Of a DNA stretch of 64,000 nt, positions 50,268 through 61,500 are shown piece by piece. Positions within the stretch are counted from its first letter, which is position 1. Each line of letters begins with the position of its first letter. The notes beneath the pieces were generated by a model. That model made no database searches and was not told the origin of the DNA. It saw nothing but the letters and a program-made list of their open reading frames with translations. This stretch comes from Felis catus (taxonomy: Eukaryota): assembly GCF_018350175.1 (NCBI RefSeq), contig NC_058368.1, positions 155,002,001-155,066,000 of the forward strand, given 5' to 3'. Both the position numbers and the translations under genes were made by a program.

Positions 50268-51576
50268 AGAGGGAGAGAGAGAACTGAAGGGAGGTGTTAA
50301 TAAAGCATTTATATTGAAACTGGGACAATTTATAACTTATGTATTTTTAAGTTTCAAATCATTAGTTACAAAAATTTTTAGTCCTCCCTGTTGGGATTTC
50401 TGGTACCTATTAATCAAATCTATCTTTTTAGAAACCATTGAGATTTGGCAGGTAGGTATAAAAAGATCATATTTGTTTTACCTGATTGCTGATAAAAAAA
50501 AATATGTTGAAAAACACAGTCTGGAACCAAGTACAAATGAGCTTCCTACTTGGAAGCCCCTGTGTCAGAATCACCCATGTAGTAACAGAAAGAATAGCTA
50601 AACAACTTCTGACCTTCTTCTATGGAGTGGGTTCGATCTACCGGACTCTCTAAAGAGAAAAAAGAAGCTGTGTCACTGGCAGAAAGATCTGAGAGAAACC
50701 AGGAGCCAGAGGTACACATGCTCAGTGATCTTTTCCCCCAACTCTGTGGGAGAGAGAGACTGGAAGCTTTCCTCCAAATAATACTTTCAAGAGGGCAAAA
50801 GTTCTTATTTAACGGACCATAAATTCCTGAGGTTCCCTATGACATTTCACCGGGTCACAACTTAAAAAAAAAAAAAGACTCTACAGTCATAAGGTGCCAA
50901 GGTCATTTCAAGAGTTGACCTCAGGCCATGTCTATGTTGACCTCTTGATCCCCTCTTCAAAGGAGGAAACTGGAGCCAGAAAGCATCTCCTTACAGATAT
51001 CGTAACAACCCACGCAGGCCCACTCAAGAGACATTCAGTCAACCATATGTTTGGAGGAAGCATAGGTATACTCCCTTCCATAAATTACAGAAAGTAAATA
51101 AAGGTAAAATTCAGTCATGACATCACATCTAAGAGAAAAACAAATATCATGAGTAACAGGTGCAAAATTGTAAAAGTTAAAGCAAAGCTAAGAAATGAAA
51201 CCAAAGTCTCTTTAGAAAATAATATGCAATCATTGCAATTCCCATTTTGTTTCCAAAATGGATCTTTAAAAATCAGCAAAATTTCTTGACCATAGCATCT
51301 TGGTCACTGGAATGAGAAAGCAAATGAGTCCAATAATTCTGACACAGGTAGTGCTCCTTGAAGTTTTTTTGAATATCAGACTCAGTTCCAGGACCCAGGA
51401 TTTCTGTGTTAATTCACTCATGGTTCAAATTTGTGGATAATATTGTTATTTAGTAGTGAGCTACGGGAAAATCATTATCCCCAGAATTCTGGAGCTCAAG
51501 ACATATGCATCACAAGGTTAAATAGCTGTGGTTTAAACAAAAATGATAAACTGTAGTCACTTCAAAAACTCAGCTA

Positions 51577-51799
51577 GGGGCGCCTGGGTGGCGCAGTCGG
51601 TTAAGCGTCCGACTTCAGCCAGGTCACGATCTTGCGGTCTGTGAGTTCGAGCCCCACGTCAGGCTCTGGGCTGATGGCTCAGAGCCTGGAGCCTGTTTCC
51701 GATTCTGTGTCTCCCTCTCTCTCTGACCCTCCCCCGTTCATGCTCTGTCTCTCTCTGTCCCAAAAATAAATAAACGTTGAAAAAAAAATTAAAAAAAAA
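51577..51799 (+). mobile_element. Young felid Can-SINE (SINEC_Fc)
   Basis: Near-identical to the copy at 41186; perfect TSD aaaaactcagcta. Confidence 0.99.
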
Positions 51800-51846
51800 A
51801 AAAACTCAGCTACTAGTTAATGTTCTAAAATGTATAGTTATCCATA

Positions 51847-52261
51847 TGTAGTAGGCTAAATAATGGCCCCCAAATGTTTCTATGTCCTAATCTCTGTAAC
51901 CTGAAAATATGTCACCTTACATCTTACACCTTAAATTTAGTATCTTGACATAGGGAGATTATCCTGGATTATTTCGGTGGGTTCAATATAATCACAAGAA
52001 TTCTCATAAGAGGAAGATAAGAAAGTTGAGAGCAGACAAAGCGATGTGACTATGGAATAGAGATTGGAGTGATGCTACTATGAGCTAAGGACTTCTAGAA
52101 GCCAACATCTTCTAGAAGCTGGAGGAGCCATGAAAGGAACCAGCTCCACCAACACCTTGACTTTAGACTTCTGATCTCCAACTATAACATAATAAATTTG
52201 CGTTGATTGAAGCTACTATGTTTGTGATACTTTGTTATAGCAGAGATAGGAAACAAATACA
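51847..52261 (+). mobile_element. MaLR solo LTR (MLT1C/D-like)
   Basis: Starts 'tgtagtaggctaaataatggccccc', contains 'gggagattatcctggattat', ends 'tttgttatagcagagataggaaacaaataca'. Confidence 0.92.
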
Positions 52262-52831
52262 ACAGGAAAGTAAAATTCAATAAAAGCTTTTTTTTTCCCC
52301 CTCAGGAAGAAATGAATTACCTCAGCCAAGGATCTCTTAGGGACAAGGAAAGACCTTATATGAATTCAGCAATTACAAGGCCTGAAGTTCTTGATTTGTG
52401 TGTTGTATAAGAACGGAAGGATTGTTGGAGTAAGGAATGAACAAATAAATACACGTCAGGAATTTTCTAACTTTCATATACCAGTTAAAACACTGGCATA
52501 CAAGAGTATCTTTATTTATTCCTCATAACCAATTTTTTAGAGAGAAATCCCTCTCGAATTTCAACTTTAAAGTCTATATCATTAGTAAAGTCTATATTTA
52601 AAGACTCATATCTGATCCTACTTTAAAGGCTATCTTGAAAAATGAAGACAACAGCTATTGCAAATCTTCTTTTGAGAGAATTAGGTGGATATACTCAACC
52701 CTTATGGCTTCACTGAAATTGAAATTGATTGCATCTTGCATTCATGAACAAATATTGCTAATATTGCCATTTCTTAGATCTAGAGTTTGGGCACGATGAT
52801 CAAGTAAATAATTAAGAATGCCTCATACCAC

Positions 52832-53055
52832 GGGGCACCTGGGTGGTTCAGTCGGTTGAACGTCCAACTTCGGTTCAGGTCATGATCTCACGGCTCATGA
52901 GTTCAAGCCCCGTGTCAGGCTCTGTGCTGACAGCTCAGAGCCTGGAGCCTGCTTTGGATTCTGCGTCTCCCTCTCTCTTTGCCCCTAACCCACTCGCATT
53001 CTGTCTCTGTCTCTCTCAAAAATAAATAAACAATAAAAAAAATTAAAAAAAAACA
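52832..53055 (+). mobile_element. Can-SINE (SINEC_Fc-type)
   Basis: Perfect 18-bp TSD aagaatgcctcataccac. Confidence 0.98.
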
Positions 53056-53551
53056 AAGAATGCCTCATACCACAGTGATTCAACTTCTTTTTACAGTGGT
53101 AGAGTTGAAGAGTTCCTCATCCCTGTGGTCTATGGCTTTTGTTGGCCTTGTTATACTATAAATTTCTAATTTGGTCCAGTTAAGAGGTACTATTGGAGAA
53201 CTTCATCAGAAGCTCAGATAATAGACCATTTTATATACATCATCTAAGAAATTTCCAGCATGGCAGAAATGAGAGAAATCAGGTAGCTCCGCAAAAGAAC
53301 AAACACCTGGCACATGCACCTCTCTGAATACTAAATATAACTATGTAATAATTGCATCTTAGTTTTTCACCCATTAAGACCAAATGAGAGCCACTAGCAG
53401 GGTTTATGTTTGAACTCTGCAGGCTGGCAGAGGCTCAGTGAGGTTCATCATAAGCAGGTAGGAGTAAAAGCAAAACAGAAAAAAACAAACAAACCATGAA
53501 TTCAACAGTTGTTTACTGTATAAAATTAATTGTCGATTTAGAAGACCTTGG

Positions 53552-53753
53552 GGGGCACCTGGGTGGCTCAGTTGGTTGAGCGTTCGACTCTTGATCCCAC
53601 CTCAGGTCTTGATCTCAGGGTTGAGAGTTCAGGCCCTACACTGGGCTCCACACTGGGCATGGAGCCTACTTGAAGAAGGAGAAAAAGGAGAAGAAGGAGA
53701 AGAAGAAGGAGAAGAAGAAGGAGGAGAAGAAGAAGAAGAAGAAGAAGAAGAAG
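53552..53753 (+). mobile_element. Short Can-SINE without a CT tract, ending in a (GAA/GGA)n tail
   Basis: Head 'ggggcacctgggtggctcagttggttgagcg', body ends 'catggagcctactt', followed by a purine triplet tract. Confidence 0.9.
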
Positions 53754-53799
53754 GTGACCTTCAAATATATAAATTAAAATCTTCTGAGGGACCAAATAG

Positions 53800-54028
53800 A
53801 CCTTGGTTTTAATTATGGCCTGCCAGATTAGTAAATGCACTTATTATATGATTTTAGGAAGTTACTAAACTCTCTAAACCTTGTTTTTCTCACCTGCAAA
53901 ATGGAGGTAAAAATATGTAATTTATAAGATTATAGGGTCACATAGTCTTTCAAGGATTAAATACTATACATCAAAAGCTTAGCATTGTATCTTTCACATA
54001 AAGCACACTAAAAAATCATAACTATTAT
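53800..54028 (+). mobile_element. MIR
   Basis: 'ggaagttactaaactctctaaaccttgtttttctcacctgcaaaatggagg'. Confidence 0.8.
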
Positions 54029-54044
54029 AATTTGCAATAGTATT

Positions 54045-54259
54045 TAAAAATTTTTTTTAATTTATTTATTTTTGGGACAGAGAGAGACAGAGCATGAATG
54101 GGGGAGGGTCAGAGAAAGAGGGAGACACAGAATCTGAAACGGGCTCCAGGCTCTGAGCTGTCAGCACAGAGCCCGACGCGGGGCTCGAACTCACGGACCG
54201 TGAGATCATGACCTGAGGTGAAGTCGGCCGCTTAACCGACTGAGCCACCCAGGCGCCCC
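54045..54259 (-). mobile_element. Can-SINE (SINEC_Fc-type, CpG-rich)
   Basis: TSD aatttgcaatagtatt at 54029-54044 and 54261-54276. Confidence 0.98.
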
Positions 54260-54299
54260 AAATTTGCAATAGTATTAACAATAACGTTTTAAAAATATC

Positions 54300-54835
54300 A
54301 TTAGGTCTGCTGGTTTCTAACCAAATTAGAAATTTTATATTTGTCACTTGATGAAAAGTCCAGGAATAGGTTATATCAGGACCAATGTAGCAGCTGCAAT
54401 GTCCTCAGTGTCCCAGGCTTCTTTTTCCTTAGGCACCCTAAGATGTGACTCTTGTTCTCATGATTTCAAGATGGTTCCTTCTTCCTCCCCACTCCCTCCT
54501 CTAATAGCACACCAACATTGCAGGCAAGAAAAAGAAAAAGGCCCATAAAAGTTAAATCTACCTCCCTGTTTAAAAGTTTTCCAAAAAAAAAAAAAAATGT
54601 TTTCCAAAAAGCTCCACCCAATGACTTCCACTTATATCTTATTAGCCAGAACAATATCACATAGCTAACTTTAGATTCAAAGAAGCCTGAGAAATATAAC
54701 TTCGAAGAAGGCTAGGAAAAGTTTAGACAACTTTTTAAATGAGCATATTGCTACCACCAATGAAATCAGGATTCTATTAGTAAAAAGAGGGAAGCAAATG
54801 AATATTTGATAGGTAATCAATAGTCACTATTGTAG
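54300..54835 (-). mobile_element. Old MaLR LTR (MLT1J/K/L-like)
   Basis: 'tcatgatttcaagatgg', 'gacttccacttatatcttattagccagaac' and 'aaatcaggattctattagtaa'. Confidence 0.75.
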
Positions 54836-55320
54836 TACTTTGATGACTTCATGTCACATAAAAGAGGAACCCAGATATAACAAACTAACAGAGATCCAAA
54901 ATGCCCCCACCCCATCCCTTCTGTGTTATTAATACTTTTTTCCTTGACTCTTTTCCTAACCACTGATAGACTATTTTCTATATTTTTGTGGTTTCCTTGC
55001 TGACTGTTCTACCTCTTCTAAAGGACTCCTTTAATATGATGGCCCATTAACAATGAACAGTAAGGTTCAGTGATGGCTCTCTGGATTCCCCTGAAGAATT
55101 TTAATTAATCCAGTTTCTCACTGTGTGTGACTCTGGGTTCATATTTGTTGCTGTTTGTAAAATATCCCCACTGAAATATCTTTAATCAAATGTTTTTATT
55201 ATTCTCTTTCTACCAGACTGTCATCACCAAATACCTCATTAGAACAAAGAGCATACCTTTTAATTCTTGAACCTTTCTAACTCAGTTTTGTTTTCTTTTC
55301 TTTTTTAAAAAACTTTTACA

Positions 55321-55540
55321 GGGGCGCCTGGGTGGCTCAGTCGGTTGAGCGTCCGACTTCAGCTCCGGTCACGATCTCACAGTTTGTGAGTTCGAGCCCC
55401 GCGTCAGGCTCTGGGCTGATGGCTCGGAGCCTGGAGCCTGCTTCCGATTCTGTGTCTCCCTCTCTCTCTGCCCCTCCCCCATTCATGCTCTGTCTCTGTC
55501 TCAAAAATAAAAATAAAACATTAAAAAAAAATTAAAAAAA
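55321..55540 (+). mobile_element. Can-SINE (SINEC_Fc-type, young)
   Basis: Perfect TSD aaaaaacttttaca. Confidence 0.98.
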
Positions 55541-55921
55541 AAAAAACTTTTACATTGGCCTCTCACCAAGTCCATGATTTTATCCTTAGTCCAGATCGCT
55601 TCTTTTCTTCTCTTCCCAGCATTGCCAATTCTTCTCCCTAGTTATCTAGCTATGACTTTCCCCACAGTCACCAGCCTATACCAAGTAGCTATTTTGCCAA
55701 GAATACTATACCACCTTTCTTTACCTTCCTTCTTTGAGTTTTGTTCACCTCCAGTCTAGACAGAGCAACTTCCTAAAATGCAAATTTGATCATAATGGTG
55801 CTCCTCTGCTTAAATCTCTCCAAAGCTTTCCCGGCTCTCATAGGATACAGTCCAAACTCCATGACATGACATAAGAGGCCTTCTTGGTCTCCTTTCTCAC
55901 CATTCACAACCTCACTCTTTA

Positions 55922-56137
55922 TTTTTTTTAACGTTTATTTTTGAGAGAGAGAGAAAGGGACAGAACATGAGTGGGGGAGGGGCAGAGAAAGAAGGAGACA
56001 GAATTCAAAGCAGGCTCCTGGCTCCAGGCCCTGAGCTGTCAGCACAGAGCACTCTGCGGGGCTCGAACTCACGAACTGCGAGATCACGACCCGAGCCAAA
56101 GTTGGACGCTTAACCCACTGAGCCCCCCAGGTGTCCC
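55922..56137 (-). mobile_element. Can-SINE (SINEC_Fc-type)
   Basis: Body and head visible; TSD acaacctca..cttta. Confidence 0.96.
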
Positions 56138-57687
56138 AACAACCTCATCCTTTAAATTCCAGTCATATGAGCTTTATAAACTTCTTCCAAGTTTCCATGT
56201 CCTTTTACTTTATAGCCTTTTCATATGCCTTTCCTTCTACCTGGAACAGTTCTCTCCTTCCTCCTTCGCCCCATGCCTAACACATACTCATCCTCTGAGA
56301 CCCAGATTGGATGCCACTTTATTCAGGAAGCCAATAGTCACTACCATGATGACCTCAACATTCAGGAAGCTGATAGCCATAACCATGACCTAGACCCTAA
56401 TCTCATCAGACCTGGTTAATGAGACAGTATTTCAGTTTTCCTTCATCAAATAAGTAAGCTTCACCTTTGTATTATTTTGATGACTACATATTAGTAACCT
56501 CTAGTAATTTCAAATTTGTATTTCAAAAGTAGGAGCAAACTTTTATTCACAGAAGCCGAAATTCTCCTTGTCAGTTAGGAAATTTCCCTGCATCACATTT
56601 CTGAATTTGTCTGACTCAAGCAGGAAAAGACAGCACTATTCATTTCATAGGTCAAATACTCTCCTTTCTGGATCTTCTAGTACTTTATATGTGTATCCCA
56701 GGATGTCTTCTCCTACCCCACCTCCATCCTCAAACACTTCCCTCAGTTCTGATATTTCACAATGGTTCCTCCTCCACAAAACTATCCTACACAGGCTCAG
56801 AGATTAAGTCAGGGTAATCATTTCAGCACTAATAGTAATGTAAATAGTGGTTGGGTACATTTATATAATCATTTTCTTTTTTCCTACTTTAATTTGCGGT
56901 GGATATCTCCTCCTTGATTGAAACTTCTTCACAGAAGAAATCACCTTTTATATACTTTATAGTATAAAATATACGCTATTAATAAGATCGGTAATAATAA
57001 CAAGGCTTAAAATAATGTCCCAGCTCAGTTGTTATGTTAAAATCTGGTTTAAAATTAAATAATAACATGGCATATATCTTCATGACTGAGAATATGGTTT
57101 CTTTAATACGATCCAGGGATTTTTAGCTATCCGAAATGCCAAAGTTGTTTCTTAAGAAATATTTATGCAACTATGAAGTAGAGAACATGATAGTAATCAA
57201 TTAACCTAAGAATGAATAACGGAACACTAAGACATGATAAATGATGTATGAAAGAATGCTAAATTAGACTTGTTGTCACACGTAATTAGAAGACAATTGT
57301 GATGCTTCGTGATGTCAATATCTTATAACTGACAAGGACAGGGTACCTATATCAGTTGATATCATCTTTAACCAAAAGGAATACAGTTAAGCAAGAGGAA
57401 TTATATAATGCTCTCAATAGATTTGAGGAAAATAATGAACACATTATATTTTAATGTCTTATAAACTGCCAAATTATTAATGATCTGGAGAGACTATTTG
57501 CACTTTCTCATTTAGAAGTTGTTCCGACTTTAATTAAATATCTTCATGCAACAATGAAGCACTCTTTCTAGTCCTCTGCTTTGTGCATTGAATTAATGGG
57601 AGAAATACCCAGAGAGTTCTGATATGCCCTTTCACAGGACTGACTCCAATGGCTCCAAAGTAAAACAAGTATGGTGACGAGGTCAGG

Positions 57688-57761
57688 CCTTGGGAGGTGG
57701 GGTAAATGCTACAGAATGTTGAGACCTTGGGAGGTGGGGTAAATGCTACAGAATGTTGAGA
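57688..57761 (+). repeat. Perfect 37-bp tandem duplication
   Basis: ccttgggaggtggggtaaatgctacagaatgttgaga occurs twice head to tail. Confidence 0.98.
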
Positions 57762-58488
57762 CGAAGACAGTGTACTGACTTCTTCCCAAGCAAGTTAGGC
57801 TCTGGAGGGGCTCACAAAAAGTGCTTCAAAAAATAAGCAGACAAAGTTCAAGAAGTCTTCTTTTTCTCTAATTACTGTTGAGCACGTTTCAATGCCTAAA
57901 GTAGTCAATAATATGGACCTAGATATTTTTTTTATCACTTGTGTTATTTTCCACAAACATGTATCAGCCATTTCAGAAAACGTAAAACTCAAACTTTTGG
58001 CAGATTTTTAGACCACACTTTTAATATTTTCTTTGTGATCACTTTTAGAGATGAATTTCTCTTGGATATTACTTTTCTATGAAGTCCTGAAATATTAAAA
58101 CTTGCTTCCTGGGAGTGTGAATTATAGATATTTTTAAAGTAAGACACCTAGTAATTTGATTAAGCTACATTGCTAAAATTAATTTGAAGCCAGCAAAAAT
58201 TATAAAACATTTTGCTATAGCAATTATGGGGAACTGTATGTATCCCTTGACAAGTTTTCAAATTGAACAGAAATATCTGCCTTGTTAGAGATTTTTTTAA
58301 ATGTCCTGGCTAAGTTTTCCTTAATTATTTCTCCCCTTCTGTCAGCTGTGTTATTGCCCTACTGGTTTAAAGGTTAAACAAAGTACTAGATCTGTCAAAG
58401 TGAGTGAAACCAACTGGTGAGGAGCTATCAGAAGGTAATCAGGGCTAATAGGTACATAATGGCTAACAGAGTCCTGTTTGCACTCAGA

Positions 58489-58509
58489 TACATCACCACG
58501 GACAGAGCG
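58489..58509 (+). promoter_or_regulatory. Candidate RE1/NRSE (REST) site
   Basis: tacatcaccacggacagagcg matches TTCAGCACCACGGACAGCGCC at 17 of 21 positions. Confidence 0.4.
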
Positions 58510-60082
58510 CAGTTTTCACTGATGTCCCTGTTAAGGAAAACATGGAGCAACCCGGACATTCTGTGGTTAAAAGCAAGAGAGGAGCTGGATCTCATTCCCC
58601 TGCCCCCACTGATAAAACTCAACTGAAAGTAGTAGATCAAAATTTGCATTTTGGCGGTGAAACTCTTACATACAAACAAACTGCGAAGTGTGCCCTTGCC
58701 TTGTGCTAATTTTAAAATTAACAGGATGCTGACAAGAGACATGGTTTTTCGTTCTGTTTTTCAAAGATACCCGATTATCTAGGCTCTCTCATAGGCCCTT
58801 TTGAGGCAGTATTTACACCAATACCCGATTTAAGCAAAATAAATCAGATAAAGGGAGAAAACGTGGAGGCATAGACAAGCAGAGCTTGTATGGTACTCAG
58901 GGCATAAAATTCCTCTTACATTTTTTTTTCTTTTAGGCATTTATGATACATTTTCATAAATTATTGCTTTCCCTAACCAACTAACAAACTAAGTATAAGC
59001 TCTAAGTCTTACTAGCTGTTCCCGAGAACAACATCTACACTATTACTGCTGGCTGTGTGATTTTACAGCTTCATCATTTTGACAATTATCTGTTGTGGCT
59101 TAAGTGCCTGCAAAGCTTAGTGTAAACAATAATGCAGGGCATTAAAGCATTTACTTACTGTGCGGTGAAACTAATTCTTCTTAGTATTTCTTGCAATAGC
59201 TGACAGGAAATAAAATCTAAGATACATGCAAAAAACAATGGGCTGCTTACAGTAATAGTTTAATCTTTTGGAGGCCAGTGAGCGAGCTTAAAATAAAGGT
59301 TTATTTTTCAATTATATGTATCCATGCATCTTGGAGTTTAACATAATCGTCATGAATAACACTAGCACACGTACTTTCTACTTAAATCAAGTAGGGTCTG
59401 TATAGACTACTTCAGAATTGAGCTCAGAGTCTGCAGAATTTGGGAAACAGCAGTGTAATGCTTCTCAGCACAGAAAGCCTTGGGAGAGAATCCTTTGAGT
59501 TCTCCCATTGCATTGCTAATGCCAGAAAACTTTGTTCAGATAAAATGATCTAAACAAATCGGAAGCCAAAACAAGTAATAAGAAGAGAGAGAACTCTTTC
59601 CCATCCCACCCCACCACATTTTTGGGATTTCAGAAAAACATATGCGAATTAAAGCCACAATAGCTTTCATTTGTAAGCCCCCTTTCTTAGCTTCAGATCT
59701 CTCTCCAAGTCAACTGATGTCCAAGAGTCATGTTTTCATAGACATTACCATCCATTGTGTTATATTTTACAATGGAATTGGAACCCTAAGGTTCCCTCTT
59801 ATCAGTTAAGCAGGCCTTTTTTTTTTTTCAGAACTTTTAAAATGTATTTTGTTCTGTTGTGTTTCCAAGAAAGTTTCACTTTGTTTGAAACCTGATTTAA
59901 ATTAGGCTTTCCAAGCATCCTCACAAGAAGGTTGAGATCTTTATCTTACAGAAAGTTTGGGGATTTTTCTTGAGGAGTCACTGACAATTCTCCTTCATCA
60001 GATCAAAACCCCAAGTGACAGGTTGATTATTGAATTCTATACTTACACAGTATAAATTTGTTATATCTGATTAGAATTCACC

Positions 60083-60154
60083 AAAAAAAAAAAAAAGAAA
60101 GAAAGAAAGAAAGAACGAAAGAAAAGAAAGAAGAAAGGAAGAAAAGAAAGAAAA
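60083..60154 (+). repeat. A-rich / (GAAA)n low-complexity tract
   Basis: Directly visible. Confidence 0.95.
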
Positions 60155-61297
60155 GCATCTGGGGTCAGCATTAGAGGCAAGTTTAAAAAATATTCCCTCA
60201 CAAAAACAAAATTAGCTCGTGTCTTCCTAGGATATAGAGAAAATCTAGACTAGAACAAAACTGCTAATTATGGCTACTTTATTAATTATTACTGACCAAA
60301 TACAGGTGTTTGTTTTCCCCTCTCTGCCTGAGCATATGTTGGGTGAAATTGACTATGAAGGCAAGGTAGGGGGATTTTGAACCTATGAAGAACAGTCCTA
60401 ATATTTAGGAAGAATAAAAAATAATCTCCAAGATAGAACAGAGAAGACATCAAACATGTGTCTACTACACCAGAATATCTCAATAAGGAGACTATTCTGG
60501 TGCTTAAAATCCCCACTCACTTTATAGGATTATACCCATGATCTTTTGAGAGCTATTGATGATATTCAAACATATGTTCTCTGTGGAATCCATCACCCAT
60601 TTTTACTTTGGCATAAATTAATCTATCATTTGCACTGTTCTGAGGAAATGGAATCAAGACAAGCATGCCAGAGATAGGTCAAGAGAGGAAGTTTTTCCCA
60701 AGGGCGGTGGGGATGGGCACACCACCTCATTGGAAAGAGCTCACAGGAGGAGCTCAACATATGGGTATGAATTGCCTCTAGATTAGAGAAAGGAGTCTAT
60801 AGTAAAATGAGGCAGATTCAATGAAAACAAATCCTTCCACCTCATATTTTGCCCTATAATTATGTACAGTTTTTCTTTTCTCTTTCTCTCTGCATATGTA
60901 TCAATCTAAATATATACATATATTAATGAGAAAATAAACCCATGAATATTTGTACTTTCACAATATTTTTATTTTCATGATTACTATTTGCAAATATCTT
61001 TCTTGATTATACCTGTGAAGTAATTTATATGCAAATAGCAGTTACATTATATAGGCCAACACGTTGATTTCTCTAAAATAATATGCAAGTTTATTCCTAG
61101 CTTTCTCTTCTTTTGGAAAGAAATCAGTTATTAATATATGTATGCCAGTCTTTATTGACACAAATTCAAGTTTTATAAAAGGTGCTATGTTAGACAAGGA
61201 ATATATCTTGAGTTAACACAACCAATATAATGTAATTACTGATACACAGCGAACACTACTGACTGGTGATTTTTTTTCTTAAATCACATCTCAGTCA

Positions 61298-61500
61298 TAT
61301 TTATTTTTGAGAGAGGGAGAGAGAGAGAGTATGAGTAGGGGAGGGGCAGAGAGAGAGAGAGAGAGAGACAGAATCCGAAGCAGGCTCCAGGCTCTGAGCT
61401 GTCAGTGCAGAGCCCGACGGGAGGCTTGAACTCACAAACTGTGAGGTCATGATCTGAGCTGAAGTCGGACACTTAACCTACTGAGCCACCCAGGTGCCCC
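61298..61500 (-). mobile_element. Can-SINE (SINEC_Fc-type), tail truncated, no TSD seen
   Basis: 'gcaggctccaggctctgagctgtcag...ctgagccacccaggtgcccc'. Confidence 0.96.

Larger units (their letters stand above)
54900..56330 (+). mobile_element. L2 remnant interrupted by two SINEs
   Basis: 'cctaaaatgcaaatttgatcat...cctctgcttaaatctctccaaagctttccc...aggatacagtccaaactcc'. Confidence 0.75.

Noticed and set aside
50128..50601. ORFs with CVCV/ERER or THTH/LSLS runs
   Set aside because: Translations of the (GT)n(GA)n microsatellite.
51577..51660. tRNA-like A and B boxes
   Set aside because: These are the tRNA-derived heads of Can-SINEs, followed by a SINE body, tail and TSD; they are not tRNA genes.
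53568..53840. Poly-Leu and poly-Glu ORFs
   Set aside because: Translations of a SINE and its GAA tail.
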